Positions 13,451 through 27,333 are shown, counted from the first letter of the whole stretch. The stretch: DNA of 61,623 nucleotides, filler included, from Sphacelaria rigidula (GCA_964200075.2; 9 parts of 9 records of this genome joined end to end with filler, not necessarily neighbours in it), one strand, 5' to 3'. Translations and numbers: made by a program. Notes: a model not told the origin generated them from the letters alone.

Positions 13451-15126
13451 GGGGGAATCTCATGATTTTCCATGCCATAGTCATACCTCTGTGATCATTG
13501 ACCTCGTATCCCTACAAAGTCGGGACGGAGCACGCCGGGTTCTCGCCGGACCAGGCTCGCAATCAATCACCAAGCGCGAAGCGCCGTGGTGTGTTCGGCG
13601 AGTCGCATGAAGGGTGANNNNNNNNNNNNNNNNNNNNNNNNNNNNNNNNNNNNNNNNNNNNTTAATTAATTAANNNNNNNNNNNNNNNNNNNNNNNNNNN
13701 NNNNNNNNNNNNNNNNNGGCGTGCACTGTCCCGGAATTGTAGGGATGCGAGGTCAATGGTTCTATGACTATGGCATGCATGATCATGAGTACACCCCTCC
13801 CCCCTGTCGTAGCATGACTCAAAAAAATCCCCAGTTTCTTTCCGGCTAGCCAGGATGTGTGTGGATCCGGGGCATTTGTTTGTAGTATCCCGTGGCGAAG
13901 ATATTTTACCCACAACTTCTGAGCATATGGTGCCTGCAGTTGTATCAATATATTTTGGCTTGAATATGAAAAGTGAAGTCACCCCACCTCCAGGGTGTTT
14001 GACTCAGATGTTTGTGTATCGTCGTTTAACGCCCTGCTGGTGCGAAATGACTCGTATCACTCACACCGATGTTGCCGTGTGAGCCGCCTTATAACATGAC
14101 AGTAGACGAGCTTCTTATCTTAGTGGCCGATCGTTCTCTAATCATGAGATATATGTGACCGAAGAGGAATGCATTTCTTGCAACATGTCAGTGCGCTAAA
14201 AATAGAAAACAAAATGCCCGGTTTGTAACAACATAACCTTTGACTTTCCACAGCAGCTACAACTTGATTATGGTCGGAAACGGCAGGGCGAGGCACAAAA
14301 ACAAGCATATGAAACACGTCTACATCAAGAACAGCCGAGTCCGTCCAAACTTCAAACTTGGTGGGGAAAATAAATGGTCGCAACGATATGTGCGCAGGCC
14401 ACCAGCAGATGCCCTGTGGACACAAACAATGCGTGGCATCTCTCCGCACGCACACATTCACCACGCAACATAGGTCCGCTAAAAATGCTCTCGCGGACAA
14501 GCTTCCACAACAAGCTCCAGTGGTGCGAGTGGTCTACTTATGACGGCACTACATGGGGTATCATGCGGTGGGAACTGTCGGAACACTCGTATGCCCGCAA
14601 CTGGCATTACCGTGTTCCGAGATTGATGAGTCTTGCCAATCCAGATCCAAATCTAAAATTCCGTAGTCACTTCTAGCGCTCCCAGAAATTTTGGACCACT
14701 CCAGAAAAGTCATATCCAATGATCGCGCTCGTCAAAGACATTGTCAGAAAATCGAGCCCTCAGTGTCCCGGGAACCATTCATGGCAAGGTTTCGATATAC
14801 AGTATTCCCTGAACTGGTCGGACCAATCGGAATAGAAGAAGCCATCTTGCCCCAGCCCTTTACTTGTAGCAAGTCCCCCGTGCTCTCCTCGTCCACTACC
14901 CCTTGCAAATAAATCATCGGCTTTGAGCCCATGAGAGAGAAGGCATTGCAACTCAATGAGAGGAGGGGGATATTAACGATCGATCATCTTCATGTAGTAT
15001 ACAACGATCAATTATCAACGCTATACGGTAGGCCGGCGAACTTCGGTGGTAGCCATTGGTCACCGCCGCAGAAACGTCGAAGCCATTCTGCCTCCCTTCG
15101 CCTAACTCGAAACTTCGTGTTCTTGA

Positions 15127-18100
15127 TCATGCGGCGGCAGCTGCCGCCGATTTGCTTGTCACGCTGCTGCTGCTGCTGCTGCTGCCGCCGCTGTTTCCTC
15201 GTTGCCTTTCCTGCATCGCAGAAATGGCCGCGTTCAGGACGCGCTTTTTCTCCATCCGGAAGGCCACGGCTGTTCTCTTGTTGACTGCGGTCACCGTCAA
15301 GTAGCATTGTTTGACGACGTGCGACAACGAATCAAAAACGAATCCCATGCACAGGGCAGTATCGACGTGTAAGCGGGATTATCGGGAGCGGGCAGCATCT
15401 TGACAAAAAATGGCGGGTGCGAAAGAGGATAGCGGGAATGGCCAAGCCTTTCACCCTTTCAGAACGGAAGCATAGAGCCGTTGTATAGAGTTGATCGCAG
15501 CTCAACGCGCGATCTTCGACTCAAGAGCAGGTCTCCTCTCGCAAAACGACGTCACATGAGCGAACCTGTCTGTATCCTATACTGTTCACCACAGTTGTGA
15601 GCATCTTTCACCATACATCCATACGAAAAATAAGGGTAATGTACAGTGCGACATGGCGTATCACAAAACGCCGCGCTCCGATGGTCAACCCAGCACATCA
15701 ACACTGATTTGGGTGAATTACGTAGGGTATGGTCACAACAGTAGACCCTTCTATGTTGGTTCCCACTGTCCGGACAAGTGCAAACGAGATTGGACATAAT
15801 GCTTCCATGCAAGTGGAAGGGCTGCGGCATTACACATCAAACGGTTGGTAATTACGTGCAAGGTAATACAGAGGAAGGGATGCGTTGGTTCCTTGTGACA
15901 TGCTCCGAGGGAATGGGAGGGGGTAGAACCACTCGGCGCCGAAGCATAGCATGGTTACAACGCCGTAGGTGCTCGCATGACTACAGTACCTACGCAAACT
16001 TCGGGAGGTTGTGCTTCGGTGATGAAGCGGGAGGGAGAAGGTAAGGAAGGAAGGACACATACGCACCTCCGTACGACTTGCCGACAAGTTCCAACGCCGT
16101 TTCGTCCTGATACAAACTCGTCGGGAAGCCTTCGCGCTCTTTTACGCACAGCTGCGATGGCGCAACGACAAATAAGGAAGACGTTCAGGAAAGGGCAAAC
16201 ATTATTGGAAACAGCAGGCAACGTCGTGGATGAAAGCGTTGCTTCGTTTCCGTTCGATTATCCATGACGTCACACCTCGTTCATCGAACATCGAAAATAC
16301 CCAAGAGCAAAGTTAGTTTCATACGATGCGGTGGCGTGTGGGAGCAAAGGCTGGTGCAGCTATCCTGGAAACAATGCACGGTTAGGACGAATCATCGCCG
16401 ATTCGATTCACCAAACCTACGATTTTTCGGTCCTGATTGCTCGAAAAAGCGAAAAAAGGTGACTACTGGTCACAAAGGTCTCCACGCAATATTTTCGCCA
16501 TTCCACGTGCCTGGGCTGCGCGTACCTGGGTTGCAGGGCTGAAAACAAAGCGCAAGGATTGATTCGTACGGTACGAGTCGATTACACCACGATCAAGTAA
16601 TTTCCAGACGAATCACTCATTCGTCTGACCCTTGAAACCGCGGTCTTGACACATGATTCAACCCGGAAACAACTTGACTCGGTGGAGACGTTTTTGCAGT
16701 GGACATGTCCAAGTCGTGGCACCGTGCCGAAAATTGCACACCATATTGTTGATTGAAGCAAGACAAGGTTGGGCATGGCGTGTCACAAGATCTAACCTGC
16801 CGTGGAGGGGTGCGCAGTTTGCCATCCAATTCTACGGCGCACACTCACCTGCAATAACGCGTTCAGGGCCGCCTGTTCATTCGCCGGCGATATTTCCTTC
16901 GAGAAATCCTTCAACGATATACTGCCCATCTTGTCGTTGGGAAGCTGCAATACACGAAAATACAGACGATACGGACCACCACCATCACCACCACCAGCCA
17001 CAGCAACAATAAGAACGGATGCAAGATCAGCGTGTACATCGATATTCGGGTGTGCCGGGTGGGGGGTATGTACGCCAGGTGCAGAAAACGTCGGGGAGGC
17101 GATGCGCTTAGTGGAGATCGTTTTCATGCTGAACTGCCAGGCGTTTTCGGACTGGTGGACTGACTGTAAGGTCACCATCAATGATACTCTTGGGCTCTTG
17201 TTGCAATAGGATGGCGGGGTACATGTAGTGCGCGACAACGTCTTGAGGGCATTCATCCGGCAGTGATGAAAGCACGACTTTGGGAGGACGCCAGCCAAGG
17301 ATGCTGGCTCTTTATTCGGATTATTTTGGAACACGTTGCGTACACGACATTATCCTTGTGGAATCTCCCTCGGAACAACGGTGGTAGTACACGTCAATTC
17401 AAGTCAGTTGAGGGTGAACACACTCATCCGGGTGATCAACCGCTCTGCATACCGAGATATTCAAGCCCCCTCGAGACACACCAGTATCAAAACGTACTCC
17501 ACCTCTGCTGCTTCCAAGAACAACACGCTGCACGTTCAAACGGTGCTGACAACCTCCTGCTACTTCTGATTAATAGTGCCAAACCTGATTGTCTTGAACG
17601 ACAGCTAATCGCAAGGCCGGCATGACCCTCGCGTATTCCTTGTCATCCTTGAACCCCGCCCTCCCGATGGCCACAGAATCCACGTCCTCAGCGCCCAAAG
17701 TGGTTCCCGACCCTCGAAGCACCTTCACGCTATCCTCTCCCAGGACCCCCGCCAACTGGCGTTGTGTTTGATGCGTTAAGCACGGGCAAAAAAATATATA
17801 TTTTTTCATTCTAGTGAGTGTGCAAAATATGTTTTCTTATATTTTTCTAAGAACACACCCGCGGCGTTTGAAACATCAAGGAATTTGTTTTGTGCCTCAT
17901 GAGGGTTTTGGGTTGCATGCTAGGTAGCAATGGGTCCACCGTGGGACAACGCCACCTGGTATGACAGCAACCTTCCATGCGCGTCCCTACGCTACCTTCA
18001 TTGTTCAGAGTATTCGGTTGCTGACGTCCCCGCGAGATTGGGGAGAAAGGGGGGGACAGCGTGTGTGTGTGTGTGAATCTGCGAAATCATCAATACTAGG

Positions 18101-20398
18101 ACATGGACCATGCCGTAGGCATGGGCATGCCGTAGGCATGAATGGACTCCAGTTGGATATGAACGATTAGAAAATAAATCTGGAATGATTGGTTTCAGAC
18201 GGTAATCTCGCAGGAGTGTTTGTATGATAATCGAGGGAGCGGGTACCACGGGCCGTTGTTCATGAAGCATGCTGTAGGCGTGCTGGCGGCTCAATGTTAC
18301 ACCATGGCTGCACCTACTACACCTCCGTTCCCCGCTACGTACGCTGTCGATACGGACTTGGAGGTATGTCGGACCCCATTTCAATGTAGGTGTCGGTCGT
18401 CTATTGCCCCCCAACACAATTTTTTTGAAACCTCGCAAACGCTCGTTTAAATGAGGTCCAACCGGAGACCTGGGTACTTCAAGGGTTGGAAGTAAAGTGC
18501 GACCGGTAGGATTCGAGTTTGATTACAACCGTATGGTTAATCGACGCAGTTGGCGTCTTAATGCTCCGACAGCAGGTTGGCTGAACAATGCAATTTGACT
18601 TTCGCGCCCGCTGTTCGAGTGTTGAGCCATTCAACCACAAGAAGGGAATGCTCCCCGTAGCAAAGATCCCGAATAATCGCGCGGGGGGTGGTCACAGGTC
18701 GTGATGATTGCCTTTCACGGAGGCTGTGATGAGGCGACGGAAGCGCGACTTCTGCGCCATCCGATGAATCTAATCAGCAATGGGAAAACCAAGGAAGATG
18801 ATGCATTTGATCCGCAAGTTTCAAACCTCGGAGATTGTCGAGAACAAGCAGATGACCACGCACGCGTGCTTCAACAAAGAAAAAAAACACACCCAAGTAT
18901 GTGGTCCACAAGGACATCCTCGACAGCACAAGAGTACACGGACACACACACGCACGTAGACACACACATGGACGCACATACAAATCGCACATACTCATAC
19001 ACGCACGCATAATCCGCACAGAACGGACACGAAACACTCACAACACGCAGCGTGCAGTACGAACGGGAAAGATAGAAGCACATACCTTGTCGACAAGTCC
19101 CGTAAGGCGGTACACGTCGTTACGGTTCTCCGGCTCGACAAATCCGTATCGCTGCAGCAGTAGGTCGTTGGACCTAGCCCCGTAGCTGATGAAAACTTGG
19201 TCTCCCGCCTCCCACGCGTTCTGCCCCCAAGAAAAGAGCATCGAAAATGGTTTGCATTTTTGAAGAGGCGGGTATGCGGGGCGATGGGGCGACGGCGGGA
19301 CGGGGGAAGGGGGGTACGTGTGACTATTGGTGTAAGCTTCAATCGCTCGCTGGGTCGTGTTCAAGCCGACCCTTGGTGACTCAGTAGTATTTGTCGGTTA
19401 CGGCTCTCCCAGCATGCCCCCTCCCCCCCCCCCATTGCATCTTTGGGGGGCAAAACGATTATCTCTCACGTAGGCCCAAAAGCAGCCTACAAAGACTTTG
19501 ATGGAAACTAGAGCTGCTGCAGGCATCAAAGCTACCTCAGACACACAGTTACTTGTGGATGACCTAGTCTGTCCTCAGTTTTTTTCTATGGGGTGTGAGG
19601 TGATAGTCAGGCAATTCCGCCATTCAGCCCATTCCTTAAAACAGAGTCCTTGCTTCAAGTCCAAGAAAAGATTCTCGATGTCTCCATTCAACTCCGGCTT
19701 AGGGATCTGACAGTCATTAGCAGCTCGACAACTTAAGCTCACAGTAACTCTTCCTACTTGGGCTCAAGTTCAAAGCGGGGCGTTATTCAATTGTTTAAAT
19801 GAAATGAATACTCTCCTCTGCCCATGGCGGACGTCACTTTTTCATCAGCTTGCATCCGGTGCGGCTATTGGTTTGCTTCAGCATCACTCGTCAGTTTGAA
19901 GAGAGGCTTCTATCGCCAAGCACCGACCTCTTGCACGCACGATCGAGGTAAAGTGAGAATGCGAGAATCTCTTGCTGACCAGAAGGCGGTAAACGCCGAG
20001 CGACACAATCTGTAAGAACATAGCGCGGGGTTGTTCTCTCCCGCTGTTGCTACTTCGGAGATGCATGGCCACAAGTCATAACAGACGTCTATTGTGGGAA
20101 ACGTGTCTCCGCTTTGGCCGTTGGGAGAATGGTGTCATCTTCGGCATGTAGCCAAGTAAATAGACGTGGACCGACGCGCCATAAGTTTGCCCTTGGCGCC
20201 CAGCCCCGCACCCCCAACCCTTCATCCCCGCCGCTTGGTGCCGACAGAAGAGCACGCACCTTGGTTGTCACCGCAATGTACCCGTAGAAGTAGTTGTACG
20301 ACACGTCACTCTCTACGCCAGTCCTATGGTTGATGAGGTCCACCACCGGAGTCAACATGTACCGCTTGAGCTGGGCCATTTTCGTCATCAAGAAATCT
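15127..20398 (-). CDS. SET-domain protein-lysine methyltransferase, Rubisco LSMT-like (SET C-terminal part plus LSMT substrate-binding domain); 5' end missing at contig edge
   Basis: Six phase-compatible GT-AG exons: 20260-20398 (MLTPVVDLINH, SET motif), 19086-19220 (AGDQVFISYGARSNDLLLQRYGF), 17585-17755, 16849-16944 (ISPANEQAAL), 16067-16151 (LCVKEREGFPTSLYQDE) and 15127-15284 (AVAFRMEKKRVL...stop). No internal stops. Confidence 0.92.
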
Positions 20399-21089
20399 CT
20401 GCGTTGAATTGAAAAAAAAAGGGGGGGGGGGGGGGGGGGGGGGGAGGAGACAAAAAGAAAGAGGGGGCGTGGGGGNNNNNNNNNNNNNNNNNNNNNNNNN
20501 NNNNNNNNNNNNNNNNNNNTTAATTAATTAANNNNNNNNNNNNNNNNNNNNNNNNNNNNNNNNNNNNNNNNNNNNTTTTTATGGAAAAACTCTCAAAAAC
20601 TGAGACGCGATATCCAGATTCAGGGCATCTAGAGCCTCTGCTCGTAATATATTGATTTTAGTATAGAAATTTATGTGCGCCATATCACGGGATAGATAAC
20701 GAATTAGGTGAAGGTGAAGGTATCTGTCGTCTCCCCTTGCTCCCAGTAGCCTTTACCGTTTTGACGCTCTTATTATACTGTGTACAGAGACTCGATTGCA
20801 AAACCGACCGCACATTATTACCGACCGGCAAGCACCGTGGAGTATGATATGTACTGTACCGCACCGTATGACAACATACTGTGATATAGTGTACACAGCT
20901 TCACGAAGATTCAGCCGTTGATACTTACTTGTGTGTAGCTTCACGAAGATACATGGGCTGTTAGCTGGATCTGTAGAAGATTTGCCCAGAGAAGGTGTCG
21001 GTGCGGGTAGTGCATTCCGGGACGACGTATCGAGCAACCATGAGCAGCACCAATCGTGCTTCTGCTGCACAACACGCAATTAATCCGTC

Positions 21090-24000
21090 ATGGACATCGG
21101 CGAAGACAAGAACCCTTCCGCCAACTCGCCAGCTGGCGGCCACACTTGCGTGTACAGCTGCAAGGTGGCGGCCAACTTCGTCGCGCACGGCTACTCCAGC
21201 TGCAGCCATCGTGCCAACACAGCCAGTGTCTGTGCCTGGTGTGAGGTCTGCCGGGACGGCAAGACTGGCTCCTGGTCGAGATACATCACGCCCACAAAGG
21301 AGCAGAAGTTCGTCGGCAGCAGACGGTGGAGACTCATCTTCTCGAGCGCCTGCAGCAGGCGCTCGAGTGGGAGTTGGGTCGGCGCCGTCGGCAGGCGGTG
21401 TATATTAATCTGAGCTAGGGCTGGCGGGACGCGACCGAGGTGTGGTAGTTGGGCAAGCGCCGGCGATAAATAGCAATAATTCGTTCGGTGGAGGGTCGGC
21501 GGGGAGCGGTCGAGGGCTGGCGGGAGGTGGCCGAGAAGGAAGTAGGCGGACACCGGTGGCAGGTGGGAGAGACTCACTCGGCCGAGCGCCGGCGGGAGGT
21601 GGCCGAGAAGGAAGTGGGCGGGCACCGGTGACAGTTGAGAGGAACTCGTTCGGTCGAGCGTCCGCGGGGGGTGGCCGAACGCCTGCAGGAGCCGACCGAC
21701 GCTGGTTTGGGCGGTCCCCGCTGGCAGGCCGAGGTGTGAGTGGGCGGGTGCTGCTGGCAGGTGGGAGGGACTCGCTCGGCCGAGCGCCAGCGGGAGGTGG
21801 TCGAGAAGGGACTGGGCGGGCGCCGCTTGCACGTGGGGGAGACTCATCCGGACGAGCGCCGACGGCAGGTGGTCGAGCGACTGCTGCGCGGCGCACCCCA
21901 GGTAGAGGCGGTCGAGGCAGGCGCAGCCATGCAGCAACTTTAAATATGCACTGCTGTATATGCCACCGTGAGTACAACTCCATGCACCTAGTAAGGCAAA
22001 CGCGGAGGAAATTATATAATGGCAACAAGTGCGGGCGATGGGCTTGCAGCGGCTGCTATAAGGATTTTAACCGTGACCTCAACGTCAAGTGCTGCCGATG
22101 CGACAAGAGCATCTGCCAGTTTTGCGAATGCCGAGGGTAAGTCTGTGATGGGTAAAGTGCGATTCCCTCCCGTATCGCTGATCCCTCCCTGTGTTTCAGC
22201 GTCGTAGTGTTTCCGTGTGAGTACATGTGTGCGATGTTTTGGCGTCAGGTTTAGCGTTTCCAAGTGGAACACACGGCCGAAACAGACGGCGGTGGATACG
22301 ACACACATGAACCGAAAACTCTGAACACGACTGTGGCAATGAACACTTTAAAACCGAAGCCCGTTTACATTTACTGTTCTAATTGATGTGCAATCTCTTG
22401 TATGGTACCACCAAAAGGTCCAGGAAATTTGTGTTGAAGCATTTCGGCGGAATACTGATGTGAGGTGGAGGAGTGTGTACATTTTCTTACACCATACCCT
22501 CCAGACCCCCTCCCCCACCCATCCTCCCCCATCAATATACTGCTTGTTGTCGTTGACATTCTACATGTTCTGTTTCTGGATGTGACGGACGCCCTCATGG
22601 GATCGGTAGGGGGGATGGTGCAGCATCGAAGCGTGCATCGCCTCATGTGATCATCATACTACCGCTTGCTGCAATGTACAACCCGTTGGTTGGACGTGAA
22701 AACAGGTGTAAGCGACGGAGGGCAAGGCACGCCGCAGTCGACGAAGGCAGCAGTAGTAAGCGACTATATATGCGTGTGCAGCGCTCGGATGGCAATAGAC
22801 ATGTGCGACCAACCGTCTTCAAGTTTCCTGCTAGTAAGCACGATGCCGCAACCAACACCGTAGTGTCAGTTTGCACCTCTTTCTCCCAGAACAGGGTGGT
22901 GACACTGGTGGATACAGACTCAGGGCGGAGCAGCTGCTCAAGAGAAGAGTGTCACACGTGAGTCCGCCTCCTGCTTTGTTTCATTTCGGAGTCCAACACC
23001 AGGTAGCGACATGATAAGGTGGTGAGGGAAATAACCCCAAGTCGAGGCTCGCGTTGCCGTCACCGTTTCGTCCTTCGAATGTGATTCGGACAGTCAAACC
23101 GGGATTGTCGTGGCCGCTCATGTGCTGTCGTCGGTCATGCCAACATATCTGGTGCTGGACTGAAAACTTGGTGATTACTAAATTGTGTGAGACGGACCAA
23201 GCTAAAAACTATCGAATGCGAAGGGCTAGGGTTCCACAGTCGATCCATGGAATCTGCTCGGTGGGCGTTGAGTTTCAGCGACGTGTTCTCCTCTGCGCCT
23301 TTTTCACGTCAATCTTTCGCACGCAGGTAGCGGACGGCGACAGGTCGGAACCAGAGGCGGCCAAGTGGAGAGTGTGGCCGACGACGTGTGCAGTCACGCT
23401 CGCGCAGCCTTCAATGCCCTGACTGAGAAGACCATGCAAGTTGCCGAGAGGGTGGCATTTTGCGACACCGAAATCTTCACGAAACATGTGTGCGAAGCGA
23501 CGGGGAAGGGTATGTTGTCGCAGGAGGACGGCAGGACGTTGGTTGAAATGGCCAAGAATGCAGGGCTTGTCGGAGTGCCCCCTCTAGTACGAATAGGTGC
23601 AACGGGGTTCTTTGCCGTGCGAGAGAGCGTGGGTCGTACGGTTGAGCACCGGTGGGCGCACGTGAAGAAAGATGACAACCAGGAGACGCGATTAATGTGC
23701 AAGGTAACGTGGTTATACATACGGCAATTGCACAGCATAGTGGGGCTGAAATATTTGACGTCGGTACGCATGTGCTGGAACTCTATCTGGTACACTAGCT
23801 ATCGGTACTATCTCGCTCAGTATCTCAATATTGCGAAACGACATATTCGTGCGTGACATGAACGGGGAAGCTGTCGAGGCCCATGGCTAGCTCACTTTCC
23901 ATGTATCGATGTTCATATCAACATGTCGGTGTACACTCAGGAGTACGAGGCCGCCCATATATCGTGAACCCCACAGGCTGCCAGAGGGAAACGGTGCACA

Positions 24001-27000
24001 AAAAGTATACTGCGAGGAACTGGGAAGTGCAAACACACGAACATGGTAGCGCTGGGTTTGTGCGTACAGGGAGATAAATGGGTGGGCTCTGGTGCGGAGG
24101 TGGATGCTGTGAAGGCGCCTGCGGATAGCTCTGATTCTCAGAGGCCGCGTGAACAGGCGGGGGGGCGATCAGCCTTTGCTTTTCTGCAGGAGAGACCCGA
24201 AGCGTTCCGAAAAAAAAATCGGGACTCCCTTAACCTCATGGCGGCAGTCCAGTTTCCACCACGAAAACCGGCTGGACTCCCTGCATACAACAGAGAGTTG
24301 GAGCAATCAAAGTTCACAGCATCGCAGGAGCGATGTAGTATGTGCAGGGGATCATTCACGCCGGCAGGTTCGGTCACAGCGAAGTTGCTGAGCCGGATAA
24401 GGCAACGGTGGGAAGAATTGGCCGGTAGTGTGACGTTTAGTGTTTTCAGCACGGAAGGTAGCATGTGGTAGGTCAGGCGTCTATTGATATTGTTTTAGAA
24501 TTTTCTGCGGGACCTCGTCAGGGCATAACGAAGCAAAAGAAGTGGGTCAAAAACAATTCACTGGTCTAGGACGTTTCAGTGCGGTAAACATAGTTTTTGC
24601 ACGAGAACGCCCCAACCTGTCTCTCAAGAGGGAAGTGAAGGTCCATTTTTTTCTCTTCAGCATGCCTCTGCGATTCACCATTCTCGGTTTCAAGTCACAA
24701 TTGGAGAAACTGAGGTGAAAACTGAGGTAAGGTCCAAGAGCTATTGTTAAATCATTTTTTTTCTCAATCATCATGCACTACGACCTGGGCCAGCCAAGAG
24801 TGGGTGTAAATCTCGCTCAGGCGACGCAAGGCGCGATATTAGGAGTTGGACGCTGAAATGTTGACAACAGCTTTTTATAATCGGAATGCAGAAGATCACG
24901 TGAGCAGCAAAGAAAAAGACAAAAAGTTAAAGGCATTTCAAACTTCAGCGCAAATAAGATAATGTCGTCAGTCCAGGAAAAAAAATGAGAATCTGCAGGT
25001 GGACGCGTGAAGCATCAGTGCCGTGGATGTAGAGGGTCCTCCCCAATCTTTCAGCTCAAGAGTCGTCGAATTGGGCCGTGCGTTCAATATTTTCTGTGAC
25101 GCTGCTGCACCACTATAAATCAAGTGATGGGAGTCTCCCATCATGGAGGTCACGAGTTCGAATCCCGACAGATTCTCTTTTTTTTTCATCCATCGTTAAG
25201 GTCATACATTGTGCAGCACATTTACTTTCATTTTTTTTTTCATTCATGCATTTTGATTATTATAATTTTTCACATATAATTGTTTCAGTTTCAGGCTTAA
25301 GAATCCTCCAGCCCAGTCTGCAAGGTTGCAATGAATGTCGATTGCACAACTGGCAATGATAAGGCAGCACAGCAGTATTTAGAACGGCGAGTGTACCTCT
25401 TTTTCTCCTGAGGCGGGAAGCTATCTCCAAATGTAGACAAAGTAGTACAGAGTTCCTTTCGATCCCATAATTTGGGAATGTAGAGGGATGACTACCCGAC
25501 ACAAATTAATAGATATATTCTACTTGTTCGCAGCGACAATTTGCTCAATACGCTCAAGAACGCCTTCCTAGCATTCTTGGCGCTGATCGATTTTCCGATG
25601 GAGTTCCGGTGCTGGCAGTGGGGCGACTTTCCCGATATTCTCACCTTCGACGCCTGCATGAAAGTCGGAACCGATTTCATCACGAGCACCCACCTGTATG
25701 CGTCGCGGCCAGAGAAGGACATCGGCACAGACCTCGTCTCTATCCTCTTAAAGCTGACGTTGGTGTCACCGATCTTCTTCGGAGGCCTGAGAGTGGCCTT
25801 TGTCATGGTGGACGGGGCCAATACCGGCAACTCGCCAACCTGGATAGAGCCTCGCAACCGCATATCGGAGGTTCTCCACAAGTCGGCACGGGGCAAGACG
25901 GCTGCAGAGGATGTCCACAAGACGGGGAATGGGCAGGCGTTGGTGAAACACTTGAAGGATAAAGGAGGGATAGGTGCTGTCGAAAACATGGACAGGAAAA
26001 CGCTACAAGCTCTGCACAGGAAGTGCTTCTCGACGGGAGTCTCAAAGTGAGTGCAGTACGCCGCAGATAAACAAACATCGTTTGGGTTCCCACATTCACC
26101 TCCCACGGAACGTAAAAGGGATTTCGCCAGGCCTCAACTGTGAGTTGTCGCCATTTGTTTTAGTTCATTGGGCCCTGTCACTCTTCACTATGGTAATTCA
26201 CGCCTGTCTCCCCCGTGTTATATTGCGCGCTCGGGCCTTCGGGAGGGGGGCGTCAGGGTCGGGACGGTGGCAGCATTGAAGTCGCTCTTCAAGGCCCTGC
26301 ATAAGTTTCACTATTCGAAGGAAAACCCCAACTTCGACGACTGCTCGAACTTGTTTTTCGGTAGGGAGGCCTCGGCCGTGACCGCGGGAACATTCGCCGG
26401 ATTCGCACCGTCGGATGTTGTGGTGACCATGAAGCTGCTGCTGACGCAGGAGAGTGAGAGGGATTCAGCAGATGCCCTTCTCGGGTTGAAGGTATCTAGG
26501 GTGCGAGAATAGTCACCCCTCTCTCACTTACTCGGGGAAAATGAGTGAGGATGCCAGTGGACGTCGGTTGAGACGACGAACTGGTGTCATTCTAATGTAC
26601 TATTACGATTGGTGTTTTCGCCTTCCGATTGCAAGTTTTTCGGCCTTCCGCTTGTGTGCTTACCCTCCCAGGGAAAATCGTGACTGACGCGTGCAGCACG
26701 CGCGGGGGGTGCTGTCGGGTCTGCCGGTTGCGACAGACGATGGTCATTCTGTTGGCACTTGAGTGTTTGATGCAAATTAGCCACAGAAGCAGAAGCGCGA
26801 ATAAATTAGCGCGTTTCCATGTGATCTTGCTTGCGCGTCGACCGCGGTGACGTCCAAAAATGTTCACCATGCTGTATGCACCACTATACCTGTCCGTTCC
26901 CGTCTCGCCCACCACACCCGCGCAGTGGCAGCCGATACTTGCCGTGTACAACTTTGCATGCGGGCTCGCGAAACAGCTGGAGGAGATGGCGCCAGGGTTG

Positions 27001-27333
27001 CTACACAACAAAGGTATCTTGCCTCGCCTCCCCATGACAGAAGGCGCGGCTGCACACGGCGGAGGATTCGGTGAAGGGTCTAAAGATAGAGAGATGACAG
27101 GGGGGGGTGCTGGGGTGACGACAGAGCGAGCGGTGCCGCTCACGCCGGCACTTGTGGATGCGAGAGTGGAGGATCCGCGACACAGGACGACGGCCACAGG
27201 CGACGCGGTGGCCGGGGTTACCACAAGGTCTACTGTGTCGAACCCGGCAGCGCTGGGGACACGAGACGGGGCGGCGCCGGTAAACGGGGGCGTGGCGGAA
27301 ATAGCGGCGGTGGAGGTTGCCGTGTCAAGATTC
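21090..27333 (+). mobile_element. KDZ (Kyakuja-Dileera-Zisupton)/HMGXB3-like transposase gene, spliced and degenerate, 3' truncated by contig end
   Basis: Exon 25534-26046: LKNAFLAFLALIDFPMEFRCWQWGDFPDILTFD (KDZ FxCxxCGxxPxxLxxD) then a SAP-like MDRKTLQALHRKC. Exon 26257-26491: VVVTMKLLLTQESERDSADALL. Exon from 26926: PILAVYNFACGLAKQ. Upstream SWIM-like C..C..CxH motifs (about 22900-23400 and 23650-24040). Stops and frameshifts are present. Confidence 0.8.
21320..21900 (+). repeat. Coding minisatellite (Gly/Arg/Ala-rich, ...GRAPAGGGREGSGRAP...) in the N-terminal region of the KDZ gene
   Basis: Imperfect repeats of ggccgagcgccggcgggaggtggccgagaaggaag. Confidence 0.8.

Noticed and set aside
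13043-13494. ORFs rich in VC/TH dipeptides
   Set aside because: Translations of a (TG)n microsatellite plus a LINE tail
21191-22028. Long Pro/Leu-rich minus-strand ORFs
   Set aside because: Antisense shadows of the GC-rich minisatellite in the plus-strand KDZ gene
25100-25190. tRNA gene (B-box GTTCGAATCC followed by oligo-T)
   Set aside because: No complete cloverleaf or acceptor stem could be built; more likely a tRNA-derived repeat in a KDZ intron
15127-27333. SET methyltransferase next to a KDZ transposase as a chromatin-modifying cargo system
   Set aside because: They lie on different contigs separated by an artificial spacer, so the adjacency is meaningless
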